Shown here: positions 37,394 to 47,317 of the stretch, one piece after another
How positions within the stretch are numbered: the first letter of the stretch is position 1
How the letters are laid out: each line of letters starts with the position of its first letter
Assembly: GCA_001782035.1 (NCBI GenBank)
Contig: MFNL01000001.1
Location: 84,078-148,077, forward strand
Reading direction: 5' to 3'
DNA from: Candidatus Levybacteria bacterium RIFCSPHIGHO2_01_FULL_37_17
Lineage (GTDB): Bacteria > Patescibacteriota > Microgenomatia > Levybacterales > UBA12049
DNA: 64,000 nucleotides
Program-made: the position numbers and the translations under genes
Notes under the pieces: generated by a model
Told to the model about the DNA's origin: nothing
What the model saw: only the letters and a program-made list of their open reading frames with translations
Database searches by the model: none

Positions 37394-38418
37394 ATAACCC
37401 TAAATACTCCCTGATACATCCCCATAGAACAGGTGAATAAATAATTACCTTTTTTAAGTTTCGGTAGATTTACTTTCTCTTCTCCGGTGGGCTGCAGGTT
37501 AACGCCTATATTAAGAGCTGGGATTCGAAATGCAATTGAACAGGAGTATGTATTATTTGTTATTAATGAAAGTTCTGTTGGTACACCTTCGCGTAGAGTT
37601 ATAGAATCAGGTTTATATCCAAAAGACTCAACGTTTATAGAAATTTTTTGTACCCCATTTTTAATAGGAGGATAAGAATTTAACATATTTTCAGGGAAAG
37701 AAAAAGGATTAAGAATTGTTAACGCCGATTTTACAGAAATCACCGGTGCGCCCACTCCCACAAGACCCCCGTATATTGAGGAGACCCCTAAAAATATTAA
37801 AATAATTGCTGCTATTTTTAAGAAGTTAAATCTCATTGTTTCTCCTAGTTTGGCGGTTATTACACCTACTCCAAAAAACATGGGAAAAGTTCCCAAAACA
37901 AATGTAGCCATTATTGCCGCTCCTCTTAATCCATTGGAGCTACTTATCGCTAAGGTTTCCATGGCAAGAGTTGTACCACATGGAATTAAAATGGTTAAAA
38001 TTCCCAGTAGGCCCGGAGCAAACAAATCAGCACTCTTAGATTTACTCCTAACGAATTTAGTTATGAACCGTGGTGGTTGAATAACTGCATATCTAAAAAT
38101 TGGATGAATATCTAAAAGATTAAGTGCAATTACAATCATATACATTCCTGCAATAAGCTGCATTGACGATTGTAGGTTTTGAGTAAGGCTTATTACAGAT
38201 CCTAAGCTTCCAAGAATAAATCCTAAAACTGTATAGGCAATAAGCTTTGTCGTTAAAAAAGTCAATGTAGGAAATATTGGATTTGGCGCCTTTTTACCAC
38301 TATCAATATCTTCTTTTTCCCTGGCTGTAATAACAGATGCTAAAAGACCTCCTTGCACAGCTAGACAAGTTAGCCCTCCAACTGTTAAACCGGTTACAAA
38401 AATTACTAAAAGATCCAT
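37390..38418 (-). CDS. DsbD_2/TauE-like membrane protein with C-terminal cupredoxin domain
   Basis: GGLTCLAVQGG, LIPCG, FVLGT, FTCSMGMY. Confidence 0.85.
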   Translation of the reverse strand: MDLLVIFVTGLTVGGLTCLAVQGGLLASVITAREKEDIDSGKKAPNPIFPTLTFLTTKLIAYTVLGFILGSLGSVISLTQNLQSSMQLIAGMYMIVIALNLLDIHPIFRYAVIQPPRFITKFVRSKSKSADLFAPGLLGILTILIPCGTTLAMETLAISSSNGLRGAAIMATFVLGTFPMFFGVGVITAKLGETMRFNFLKIAAIILIFLGVSSIYGGLVGVGAPVISVKSALTILNPFSFPENMLNSYPPIKNGVQKISINVESFGYKPDSITLREGVPTELSLITNNTYSCSIAFRIPALNIGVNLQPTGEEKVNLPKLKKGNYLFTCSMGMYQGVFRVI

Positions 38419-38469
38419 AATACTATTATATAGCTTGCAGACAATGTCTGCCTAATTCTATTGATTTAC

Positions 38470-40530
38470 TCACAATTTCTCTCTTTTCAAAAGAAGCGCA
38501 TTAGCCACAACTATTAATGAAGAAGCGGTCATAAGAAGAGCTGCCCACTCCGGCCTTAGTAGAATTCCTAGCTTATAAAATGCACCTGCTGCAGCAGGTA
38601 TTGTAATAATATTATACCCAGCTGCCCAGAAAAGATTTTGAACCATTTTTGAATTTGTTTTTTGAGAAAGTCTGATTGCTTTCACAACATCTCTAGGGTC
38701 ATTTCTCATGAGAATTATTTCTGCGGACTCTATAGCTACGCCCGTACCTGCACCGATAGCTAGTCCAATGTGAGCTTGCGTTAAAGAAGCTGCATCATTT
38801 ACCCCGTCACCAACCATTGCTACGATATTCCCTTTTTTTTGTAGCTGCTTGATCTTATTGACTTTATCTTTTGGCAAGACATCTGCAAAATAGATATCTA
38901 TGCCTAGTTTCTTCGCGACCAGTTTTGCAACATCTTCATGATCACCTGTTAGCATCGCTGTTTTTATGCCCATCTTTTTAAATGATTCTATTGCTTCTGC
39001 AGATTCTGGCCTTATAATATCTGCAAGTCCAATAGCGCCAATTAACTTTTTATCGATTGCTACAAAAATATAAGTAGATCCCTCAGTTTTCTTGAAAATT
39101 ATTTTTTTATTTCCAATTTTATATTCATCTATGAGAATTTGATTTCCTATCAAAATTTCTTTTCCTGAGAATTTTGCCAGTGCACCTTTGCCGGGAATTG
39201 ATCTAAATTCCTTCACCGCTTCAAGCTTAATTTTTTTGTGTTTTGCGTAATCGATAATTCCCAAAGCAATAGGATGCTGGGAGAAACGTTCGACAGAAGC
39301 AGCCAATTTTAGAATTTCTTCTTTTGAGACTTTGGCAAATGGGATTATGTCTGTGATACCAAATTTACCTTCGGTTAGTGTACCCGTCTTGTCTAAAACT
39401 ATATAGTTAAGCTTTCTTGAAATTTCTAAGGCTTTCATGTCTTTAATTAAAATTCCGTGCTTTGCAGCAAGCGCGGTTGTAATAGTTGTAACAGTAGGAA
39501 TAGCAAGTCCCAAGGCGTGAGGACAGGCTATTACGATAACCGATATGGCTAAAGTTCCTGCAAAAATAAGCCCCTGCGAAGTTGCTAGAGACCAAAATAA
39601 AAAAGTCGATATACCAACAGAAAGAGCTGCGAAAGTCAAAAAGCCTGCTGCCTTATCTGCAATTTTTTGAACCTCTGGTTTTGAATCCTGGGCCTGTCTA
39701 ATGAGCTCCATCATCTGTGAGATTGCAGTCTCATCACCAGTTTTTGTTACCTTAATGGTAAGCGTCCCATCGCTATTTATTGTTCCTCCTATAACACTTG
39801 ATGCCTCACTTTTGTTAACTGGCACAGACTCTCCCGTAATCATCGATTCATTGACTGCGGATACACCTTCTATAACTTCTCCATCAATTGGTATTTTTTC
39901 TCCCGGACGGATTAGGATAAGATCTCCTTTTTTAAGCTCATCAGTTTGAATATCTCTAAGACTCTCCCCATCAATTAGATGCGCTTGTGGCGGAATAAGC
40001 CTAGTAAGCTCTTTTAGAGCACCCGTAGCTCCTCTTACCGCTCTCATTTCTATCCAATGTCCGAATAGAAAAGCCAAAGCCAAGGTCGAAATTTCCCAAT
40101 ATAAACTTTCGCCTGGAAATAGGAACGTGGCGGCAACCGAAAATAAATAACCAGACAATAAAGCTAAAGATACAAGCGTCATCATTCCGTATTTTTTTGC
40201 TCTTATTTCGGATAGACCCATTTGGAACAAGGGGAGTCCTCCCCAAAAAACGATCACAGACGAAAGAACAAAAATTACTATTTCTTGGTAGGGGACACTC
40301 AACGAAAACCTTAACCACTCCTGAATCTTTTCCGAAAGAATTAAAACAAAAAGAGTAAGCGGAAGACTTAGGAAAAAGCGTTTTTTAAAGCTTTTTTCCA
40401 TATCTTTGTGATTAATATCTTCTCGCCCACGTTCTATCGGGACGAGATCCATCCCACACTTAGGACATTTTGAGGACCTTTTGCTTATTATTTCGGGATC
40501 CATCGGACACGTATAAAGACTTTTATGCAT
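38470..40530 (-). CDS. copB: Copper-translocating P1B-type ATPase (CPH/CopB type)
   Basis: YTCPMDP...CPKCGM N-terminal domain; TGES, ACPHALG, DKTGT, HP, GDGVND. Confidence 0.92.
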   Translation of the reverse strand: MHKSLYTCPMDPEIISKRSSKCPKCGMDLVPIERGREDINHKDMEKSFKKRFFLSLPLTLFVLILSEKIQEWLRFSLSVPYQEIVIFVLSSVIVFWGGLPLFQMGLSEIRAKKYGMMTLVSLALLSGYLFSVAATFLFPGESLYWEISTLALAFLFGHWIEMRAVRGATGALKELTRLIPPQAHLIDGESLRDIQTDELKKGDLILIRPGEKIPIDGEVIEGVSAVNESMITGESVPVNKSEASSVIGGTINSDGTLTIKVTKTGDETAISQMMELIRQAQDSKPEVQKIADKAAGFLTFAALSVGISTFLFWSLATSQGLIFAGTLAISVIVIACPHALGLAIPTVTTITTALAAKHGILIKDMKALEISRKLNYIVLDKTGTLTEGKFGITDIIPFAKVSKEEILKLAASVERFSQHPIALGIIDYAKHKKIKLEAVKEFRSIPGKGALAKFSGKEILIGNQILIDEYKIGNKKIIFKKTEGSTYIFVAIDKKLIGAIGLADIIRPESAEAIESFKKMGIKTAMLTGDHEDVAKLVAKKLGIDIYFADVLPKDKVNKIKQLQKKGNIVAMVGDGVNDAASLTQAHIGLAIGAGTGVAIESAEIILMRNDPRDVVKAIRLSQKTNSKMVQNLFWAAGYNIITIPAAAGAFYKLGILLRPEWAALLMTASSLIVVANALLLKREKL

Positions 40531-40675
40531 GATTATTTATATACTTATCAGGATTTTCGTCAAAGCTTTTTTTACAATAAGAGGAGCAAAATACATAAAT
40601 TTTTTCATTATAGACGCTTTGAAATTTGAGATTATTAGAATCAACATCCATTCCACAAACAGGATCTTTTACCAT
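40523..40675 (-). CDS. YHS-domain protein (50 aa, not in ORF track)
   Basis: MVKDPVCGMDV...YVFCSSYCKKSFDENPDKY; SD AGGAGGTG upstream. Confidence 0.9.
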   Translation of the reverse strand: MVKDPVCGMDVDSNNLKFQSVYNEKIYVFCSSYCKKSFDENPDKYINNHA

Positions 40676-40691
40676 ATAAAATCACCTCCTA

Positions 40692-40964
40692 TTAATTATT
40701 TTTCTTAAATACTTGCATTATTTCCCTGATTGCCTCGTCTTTCTTACCTTTTGAGATCTGGTTTGCAACGCACTTTTTTAAATGGTTTTCTAGAAGAAGA
40801 TTTCCAGTTTCCTTAAGTCCTGATTCTATTGCCTGTATTTGATGCATTATATCTATGCAATAAGCATCTTCATCCATCATTTTGATAACCTTATCAAGAT
40901 GTCCGCGCCCAATCTTTAAGCGATGTGTTACTCTTTCGTGTGTATCACGTGGTCTATATGCCAT
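40692..40964 (-). CDS. csoR: CsoR/RcnR family metal-sensing repressor
   Basis: RLKIGRGHL, YCIDIMHQI, LLENHLKKC (C-H-C Cu ligands). Confidence 0.92.
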   Translation of the reverse strand: MAYRPRDTHERVTHRLKIGRGHLDKVIKMMDEDAYCIDIMHQIQAIESGLKETGNLLLENHLKKCVANQISKGKKDEAIREIMQVFKKNN

Positions 40965-41013
40965 ATATCCCCCCTATGGGGATATGGTAGCATCTTGAAT
41001 AAACTCCTGTCAA
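40965..41013 (-). promoter_or_regulatory. cop operon promoter with CsoR operator
   Basis: TTGACA(41008-41013)-18-TACCAT; inverted repeat ATATCCCC-5-GGGGATAT at 40965-40985, with the G/C-tract architecture of CsoR operators. Confidence 0.85.
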
Positions 41014-41069
41014 GAGAAGGTGCCTCGGCACTAAAAAGCGGTTGGCAAAATTGCCAAAACGCATTTTAG

Positions 41070-41267
41070 CTACTGCGATTTTAAATTCACATTAATATCA
41101 CTTGGAATATTAATAGTTGATCCCCTAAAATTCTGTACAATGATGGGCAGTATATATATAAACAATACTGCCATAAATACTATTAACAAAATCACACCAA
41201 GCAAAAAGCCCATTCCGCCTCTAGGGTTTGATGTGTCATTAGGCGGGTTGTTTACTATTGTAGCCAT
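41070..41267 (-). CDS. Small single-TM protein
   Basis: Strong SD AAGGAGGTG; one TM; C-terminal INIPSDINVN. Confidence 0.7.
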   Translation of the reverse strand: MATIVNNPPNDTSNPRGGMGFLLGVILLIVFMAVLFIYILPIIVQNFRGSTINIPSDINVNLKSQ

Positions 41268-41347
41268 TTTTCACCTCCTTTATAATTAAAACGAACAGCA
41301 AGTTATTTCATTTCAATCTGTAAAAATGGTAGAATACAAAACTGAAT

Positions 41348-42343
41348 ATGGTAAGAATGCCTAACATTGTAACCATAGGAGGCGGAACAGGAAGTTATAC
41401 TGCCCTTTACGGCCTTAAAAAATACCCCCTTAAACTAACTGCGATTGTAAACATGGTAGACGATGGAGGTTCAAGTGGCAGGCTTCGTGATGAACTTGGG
41501 GTATTGCCACCGGGGGATATTAGACAGTGTCTGGTGGCATTGGCTGAATCATCTAAACTTCTTCGTGATATGTTCAATTACAGGTTTGAGGATGGAGGAT
41601 TGAGGGGTCATAACTTCGGCAATATATTTCTTTCAACTTTGGAAAAGAAGACTGGAAGCATGAAGAAAGCGATAGCCGAGGTTGGGAAAATATTAAACAT
41701 AAAAGGAAAGGTAGTGCCTATTACATTTACAAAAAAAACTAGTCTTTGCGTAGATCTTGAGGATGGAAAAAATATAGTAGGCGAGACACATATAGATGAA
41801 GTTGAAGCAAAAGAGCACCGTGCCGCTATAAAAAAAATTTACCTAAAGCCGAAAGCGCAGATAAATCCGGATGCAAAACAAGCTTTGGAGAAAGCAGATT
41901 TTATTATAATAGGCCCTGGGGATTTATATACGAGTATAATGCCCAACATCCTTGTAAATAGTGTTCCAGGAATAATAAGAAACTCAAAAGCTAAAAAAAT
42001 TTTTGTCGTTAATCTAATGACAAAATATGGTCACACCACTGGATACGGCGCAAAAAAGCACGTTGAGGAGCTCGAAAAATACCTGGGGAAAAATATTCTC
42101 GATTATGTCCTAGTAAATTCAAAAAAACCCAAAAAGATTACACATTCCTGGTACGAAGAGTTTGAGGAATACCCAGTAGAAGATGACTTAAATGATGAAT
42201 ATAAATATCAAGTTATAAGAGAGAATTTAATAAGGGATGTAATTATAATTCAAAACCCGGTTGATAATAGAAGACGAAGTATTATAAGGCATAACCCGCG
42301 GAAATTAGCAGAAGAAATTCTTACGATAATTTATCCTTCCTAA
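41348..42343 (+). CDS. yvcK: YvcK/CofD-like (GlmR) protein
   Basis: IGGGTG, DDGGSSGRLR, PPGDIR, GHNFGN, GPGDLYTS. Confidence 0.92.
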   Translation: MVRMPNIVTIGGGTGSYTALYGLKKYPLKLTAIVNMVDDGGSSGRLRDELGVLPPGDIRQCLVALAESSKLLRDMFNYRFEDGGLRGHNFGNIFLSTLEKKTGSMKKAIAEVGKILNIKGKVVPITFTKKTSLCVDLEDGKNIVGETHIDEVEAKEHRAAIKKIYLKPKAQINPDAKQALEKADFIIIGPGDLYTSIMPNILVNSVPGIIRNSKAKKIFVVNLMTKYGHTTGYGAKKHVEELEKYLGKNILDYVLVNSKKPKKITHSWYEEFEEYPVEDDLNDEYKYQVIRENLIRDVIIIQNPVDNRRRSIIRHNPRKLAEEILTIIYPS

Positions 42344-42353
42344 AGTTGTCTCG

Positions 42354-43877
42354 TTGAGTTATTATTTAAGAGTGATAGATAAAATGTTCAAACCCCTGGA
42401 CCGCCTGTTGAATTTTGTAACAATGTACAGATCAATGCTGTACTATCTGACTGTTTTGTGGTGCCTAGCACTACTCTTAAGTTTTTTAACCTTACTCCCA
42501 TTTTCTCCACAGGCTTTACTTTTTAGCACTCTGATAATATTCTTATCCTGCTACTTATCGAATAAATTATTTGAAAAGATTTTAGGAGCAATTACAAATT
42601 TTGAATCCACCTATATTTCTGCATTGATTTTATCTTTAATCATAACCCCTTCTTTAAGCGTTCAAAACATACAATTTGCAATAGTTACTTCGGTAATTGC
42701 CATGGCCTCCAAATATATATTTGCATTTAATAAAAAACATATTTTTAACCCCGTAGCAATAGGAGTATTTATTCCATCGTTATTTTCAATAGGGGCAGCC
42801 AGTTGGTGGGTGGGAACTCCCATTATGAACATCGGGGTTCTAATAGGGGGAATTTTGCTGACTCGTAAAATTCAGAGATTCGATCTAGTTTTAAGTTTTT
42901 TAGGCATTCATGGTGCAACTATCATATTATTTTCGTTGCTAAATAAGATAGACGCGTTTAGTGCTTTAACGACTTCGTTTCTTTATTCTTCAATACTATT
43001 CCTTGCTTTTGTTATGCTGACCGAACCATCAACTAATCCACCTAAACGCACTTTTAGAATTCCATACGCTGCAATAGTTGGAGTTTTATCTTTTTTCCAA
43101 ACATTAGAAATAGCACTATTAATAGGTAACATATTTTCTTACATTTTGTCTTCTAAGAAAAAATTATCCATAAAATTAAAAGAAAAAAGAGAAATTGGAC
43201 TCGGAATTTATGAGTTTATTTTTGAAAAGGATGTAAATTACTCTTATCAATCCGGGCAATATCTTGAATGGACAATCAAAACAAAAAATATAGACTCAAG
43301 GGGCAATAGAAGATATTTTACCCTGTCTTCTTCTCCTACCGAGGAGGACCTTAAAATTGGGATTAAAATTTATGAAAAACCAAGCAATTTTAAAAAAGCA
43401 TTGCTCGAATTGAACACAGAAACAAGAGTTCTTGCAGGAAATTTAGCAGGGGATTTTGTTTTACCCAAGAATCCAAAAAATTTGGTTTTTATTGCCGGTG
43501 GTATAGGGATAACTCCTTTTAGAAGCATGATTAAATACTTATTGGATAAAAATATCACACTTCCAATCACCGTTTTTTATTCAAACAAACTGGCAAGTGA
43601 AATTGTGTATAAAGATATATTTGATAAAGCAGAAGAAAAACTAAACATCAAAACCGTTTACAACTTAACAGATGAAAGTACCATTCCGGATCAATGGAGT
43701 GGCTACAAGGGAAGAATAAATGATGAAATAATCAAAAAAGAAGTTCCTCAGTATAAATCTGCTGTATTCTATCTCTCTGGCCCCCATTCGATGGTAGTTG
43801 GATTTGAAGAGACATTGATAAGATTGGGCATAAGTACGTCACAAATTAAAAAAGACTTTTTTCCTGGCTACGTTTAG
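42354..43877 (+). CDS. RnfD/NqrB-like membrane domain fused to ferredoxin-NADP reductase-like FAD/NAD domain (start uncertain, up to 42384)
   Basis: KHIFNPVA and MLTEPSTNP in the TM part; RYFTLSS, AGGIGITPF and YLSGP in the FNR part. Confidence 0.8.
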   Translation: MSYYLRVIDKMFKPLDRLLNFVTMYRSMLYYLTVLWCLALLLSFLTLLPFSPQALLFSTLIIFLSCYLSNKLFEKILGAITNFESTYISALILSLIITPSLSVQNIQFAIVTSVIAMASKYIFAFNKKHIFNPVAIGVFIPSLFSIGAASWWVGTPIMNIGVLIGGILLTRKIQRFDLVLSFLGIHGATIILFSLLNKIDAFSALTTSFLYSSILFLAFVMLTEPSTNPPKRTFRIPYAAIVGVLSFFQTLEIALLIGNIFSYILSSKKKLSIKLKEKREIGLGIYEFIFEKDVNYSYQSGQYLEWTIKTKNIDSRGNRRYFTLSSSPTEEDLKIGIKIYEKPSNFKKALLELNTETRVLAGNLAGDFVLPKNPKNLVFIAGGIGITPFRSMIKYLLDKNITLPITVFYSNKLASEIVYKDIFDKAEEKLNIKTVYNLTDESTIPDQWSGYKGRINDEIIKKEVPQYKSAVFYLSGPHSMVVGFEETLIRLGISTSQIKKDFFPGYV

Positions 43878-44000
43878 TTGACAACTACGCTTCAGTTTGA
43901 AATCAATTTAGTATGAGACTAGAACTTCCTAGGACCTCAATCCCCAAGATAGATATCGCCATAAGAACCTCGGCCATATTTAGGAATTTACTTATAACCA

Positions 44001-44537
44001 TTAGTTTTTATATTCCTCTTTAATATCTGTTCCAAATTTCTCTAGCAACTTTTTAATTTTCGGAGCTATTATAAAAGAACAATAAGGATAGTTTTGGTTA
44101 TTATCATAGTAATTTTGATGATATTCCTCGGCCTTGTAGAATTTTTCGAATGGTTTTATTTCTGTAACAATGTTGTCCTTAAGCTTTTCTTGGTGTGTTT
44201 TCCTCGATTCTTCAGCAAGCCTTTGTTGTTGAGTGTTGTGATAAAAAATTGCAGAACGGTATTGAGTTCCAATATCATTTCCCTGCATATTTAGCGTTGT
44301 AGGATCGTGTGTTGCCCAGAAAACTTCTAGAAGCTTATCAAAAGAAATAATCTTAGGCTCGAAAGTAACCTGAACGGCTTCAGCATGCCCTGTATTTCCT
44401 TCAGACACCGCAGAATAATTTGGATTATCCATTTCCCCTCCGCTGTAGCCAGACTCCACAGTCTTTACCCCCCTTAGCCTTTTAAAGATTGCCTCTGTGC
44501 ACCAGAAGCATCCGCCTGCAAATGTTGCCTTTTCCAT
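44001..44537 (-). CDS. msrA: Peptide methionine sulfoxide reductase A
   Basis: GGCFWC, GHAE, QYRS, AEEYHQ. Confidence 0.96.
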   Translation of the reverse strand: MEKATFAGGCFWCTEAIFKRLRGVKTVESGYSGGEMDNPNYSAVSEGNTGHAEAVQVTFEPKIISFDKLLEVFWATHDPTTLNMQGNDIGTQYRSAIFYHNTQQQRLAEESRKTHQEKLKDNIVTEIKPFEKFYKAEEYHQNYYDNNQNYPYCSFIIAPKIKKLLEKFGTDIKEEYKN

Positions 44538-44634
44538 AATTTTATTCTACCAAAACTACATAAAACTAGATAGGATATATGCAAAAAGTTACAGGATATT
44601 GCATTTACCAAGCAGGATATTATTTAATGTGTGT

Positions 44635-44976
44635 ATGTTTGCAATCCTGATTAACTGGATCGTAAGCGCAATGGTTATTTTTAGTATAGCCTATGTACTC
44701 CCCGGCGTAAGTGTAATCGGTTTCACGTCTGCAATAGTTTTGGCACTAGTTCTTGGAATTATTAATGCGATACTCAAACCAGTACTGCTAATACTTACTC
44801 TTCCAATAAATCTGCTCACTCTTGGCCTTTTTACTTTGATTTTGAATGCATTACTTATACTTATTGCTGCCAGTTTCGTACCTGGCGTTAGAGTTGATGG
44901 GTTTTTATGGGCTTTGATTTTTGGAATTATCCTTTCTATAGCAAATATGGCAATTCAGAACTTTTTGCCAAAGTAG
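44635..44976 (+). CDS. Phage holin family / YvlD-like 4-TM membrane protein
   Basis: LGIINAILKPVL..LTLP...LTLGLF..ILNA; start moved to ATG 44635. Confidence 0.85.
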   Translation: MFAILINWIVSAMVIFSIAYVLPGVSVIGFTSAIVLALVLGIINAILKPVLLILTLPINLLTLGLFTLILNALLILIAASFVPGVRVDGFLWALIFGIILSIANMAIQNFLPK

Positions 44977-44997
44977 TTTGAAAGGAGGTGAAAAAGA

Positions 44998-45207
44998 ATG
45001 GATTATATGAAAACATTAAACCAGGTTAGTTGGTGGTTATTGGTAATAGGGGGCTTAAACTGGGGATTGGTTGGATTAAATGCAAGCTGGAATGTAGTAC
45101 ATATGCTGCTTGGATCATGGTCAACCGTCGAAATGCTAGTTTACGTACTCGTTGGATTGTCTGCCTTATATCAAGCAGCAATGCAATTGGGATTAATGAA
45201 AAAATAA
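44998..45207 (+). CDS. DUF378 family small membrane protein
   Basis: LLVIGGLNWGLVG...VYVLVGLSA; SD AAGGAGGTG. Confidence 0.9.
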   Translation: MDYMKTLNQVSWWLLVIGGLNWGLVGLNASWNVVHMLLGSWSTVEMLVYVLVGLSALYQAAMQLGLMKK

Positions 45208-45252
45208 TCTCTCCCAATTTACGGGCCTAATTAAGATAATTATCTTTATTTT

Positions 45253-46245
45253 CTAAAGAGGTAAGACTATGTATTTTCCTAGAGTATTTAGTTTTTCTAA
45301 AAGCTCTTCTTTTTTAAGAAGTCCATTTTGTGCTCCTGTTTTTTGAATTACAGAGCTAGCGTTTATCGAACCCCAAATTAGAGCATCTTGAATGCCCTTG
45401 CCTTCCAGTATCGCAGCAATAAAACCTGCATTGAATGCATCTCCTGCTCCTGTTTTTTCGACAACGTCGACTTTTATAATGTCCAAGTGTAAATATTCAT
45501 TTTTTTCACTATGTGCATAAATTCCATTTTCCGCATCAGTAATAATTACATTTTTTGCACCCAAACTTTTTAGTCCAAATAGTGTTTTTTTAATCTGTTT
45601 TTGCTCTTCTAATAAGTTAGAACCATTTCCGTGAAGAAGACCTTCCGCCTCTTCTTTATTTACAAATAAATAATCCGATTCTGAAATTAAATCCATGACT
45701 AATTCGTCTTTCTTCTCAATCTGTAAAGATCCCGGATTAAAAGCAAGAATTTTCTCTCTGTTTTTTACTAAATCCAAAGCTTTTTCATAAACTGTTTTCC
45801 AATCGTCTCCAAGACTTGTAAGATAGATTATTTTTGCGCTAGTATTTTCAAAATTAAACTCGTATTTTCTTTTAATACTTTCAATTAAAATAGTGCGTTC
45901 GTCTTTATAACTTAAGATTACGGAAAATGGAGTAGACGAAACGAACTTTTTAATTAAATTTGTATTAATGTTTTCTGCTTCAAGAGCGTTAGTAATAAAA
46001 GATGCAAATTCATCGTTTCCAATTTGAACGCAAATTCCGACGTTTTTGCCAAGCCTTGCAAGTCCTATCGCCGCATTTGAAGCATTTCCCCCAATATTTT
46101 TAGAATAGTTTTCGATTGTGATTTTTCCGCCATATTCCAAAAGCATGTTTTCTCTCTTTTCGTCAAGGCTAAAATGGGGATTATCGCTTGGCACATGAAG
46201 AAAGATATCAATTCTTGCATCACCAATGCATAAAATATCGAGCAT
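45253..46245 (-). CDS. PfkB family carbohydrate kinase
   Basis: GGNASNAA, NKEEA, KTGAGDAF. Confidence 0.9.
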   Translation of the reverse strand: MLDILCIGDARIDIFLHVPSDNPHFSLDEKRENMLLEYGGKITIENYSKNIGGNASNAAIGLARLGKNVGICVQIGNDEFASFITNALEAENINTNLIKKFVSSTPFSVILSYKDERTILIESIKRKYEFNFENTSAKIIYLTSLGDDWKTVYEKALDLVKNREKILAFNPGSLQIEKKDELVMDLISESDYLFVNKEEAEGLLHGNGSNLLEEQKQIKKTLFGLKSLGAKNVIITDAENGIYAHSEKNEYLHLDIIKVDVVEKTGAGDAFNAGFIAAILEGKGIQDALIWGSINASSVIQKTGAQNGLLKKEELLEKLNTLGKYIVLPL

Positions 46246-46308
46246 AGTTTAATGTTACTCTAAATAAAATCTAGCTTCAACAAGTTTGACTTTTGATATA
46301 ATTATGAC

Positions 46309-46665
46309 ATGGGTGAGGAAAACAAAGAAGCAGACCTAGAGCAGCGTGCCATTTATACTACTTCAAAAGGAGACAGGGTTTCTCTTAATCCAGATGTACC
46401 AATGAATCATAAATGGTTTAAGGGAGAATTTCACTTTGGACCGTGGGGCGGAGATTCAAGTCAATTCAAAGGAGATTCAAAAGATAGGGTAAGGGTTTCC
46501 ATGATAGGAGAAAGACTAAGCCCAACAGTAAGAAATGGCATTGCATCTGCCACCGGAGTGATAACAGCTGTTATAGATCCTGAGGATAGAGATTTAATTG
46601 GACAAACAGGTTGGTGGAAGCTGCAAGACTTAAGTAAAAAGACCAAAATAAGAAGGGCTGCTTGA
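46309..46665 (+). CDS. Hypothetical protein
   Basis: ATG 6 nt after TGATATAAT; 118 aa. Confidence 0.6.
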   Translation: MGEENKEADLEQRAIYTTSKGDRVSLNPDVPMNHKWFKGEFHFGPWGGDSSQFKGDSKDRVRVSMIGERLSPTVRNGIASATGVITAVIDPEDRDLIGQTGWWKLQDLSKKTKIRRAA

Positions 46666-46668
46666 GCG

Positions 46669-47277
46669 ATGAATTGGAATGAATTGGTTTCAAAAGAAAT
46701 AGTAGAACAAATAATAAAAAAACTTGAAGAACGGGGGATTACAGCTTTTTATGTTCAAGCCGGTCAAGATGCAAAGCAAAAAGCACTAGATTTAATTCCG
46801 AAAGGCTCTCAAGTTTTAGTTTCAACCTCCGTAACAGCCGAGCAAATTGGATTAAAAGAGGAAATAGATAATTCAGATAAGTTCCATTCAGTTAGAAAAG
46901 AATATATGGCTCTTGATCACGATAAAGAAAGAGATGAAATAAGAAAGTTAAGATCTACACCCGATGTTATCATAGGAAGCGTTCATGCAGTTACAAAGGA
47001 AGGTGAAGTTATTATAGCCTCAAACACAGGCTCCCAACTAGCTGGTTACGTTTCAGGAGCCGGTAAAGTTATTTGGATAGTTGGTGCGCAAAAAGTAGTT
47101 GAAAATCTAGACGAAGCATATAAAAGATTGCACGAATATGTTGTACCGAAAGAAGAAAAACATATGCAGGACTTATACGGGGTAGGAACAAACGTAAGCA
47201 AGCTTCTTCTTTTTAATAAAGAAAAAATACAAAATAGAGTGTTTCTTATTTTTGTAAACGAAGTATTAGGATTTTAA
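46669..47277 (+). CDS. LUD-domain (lactate utilization protein-like) protein
   Basis: GSVHAVT..GE.....TGSQ, GAGKVIWIVGAQKVV, LGF C-terminus. Confidence 0.8.
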   Translation: MNWNELVSKEIVEQIIKKLEERGITAFYVQAGQDAKQKALDLIPKGSQVLVSTSVTAEQIGLKEEIDNSDKFHSVRKEYMALDHDKERDEIRKLRSTPDVIIGSVHAVTKEGEVIIASNTGSQLAGYVSGAGKVIWIVGAQKVVENLDEAYKRLHEYVVPKEEKHMQDLYGVGTNVSKLLLFNKEKIQNRVFLIFVNEVLGF

Positions 47278-47317
47278 CTATTTTGACATTATCCCGTTTT
47301 AATATTATCATTTTGAT

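Noticed and set aside
43913-44023. 36-codon ORF (MRLELPRTSIPK...) downstream of a TTGACA
   Set aside because: No properly spaced -10 box or SD, it overlaps the msrA 3' end, and it has no recognisable motif.
44635-44976. Prophage suggested by the phage holin family protein
   Set aside because: The YvlD-like family is a common chromosomal membrane protein, and no other phage genes are nearby.
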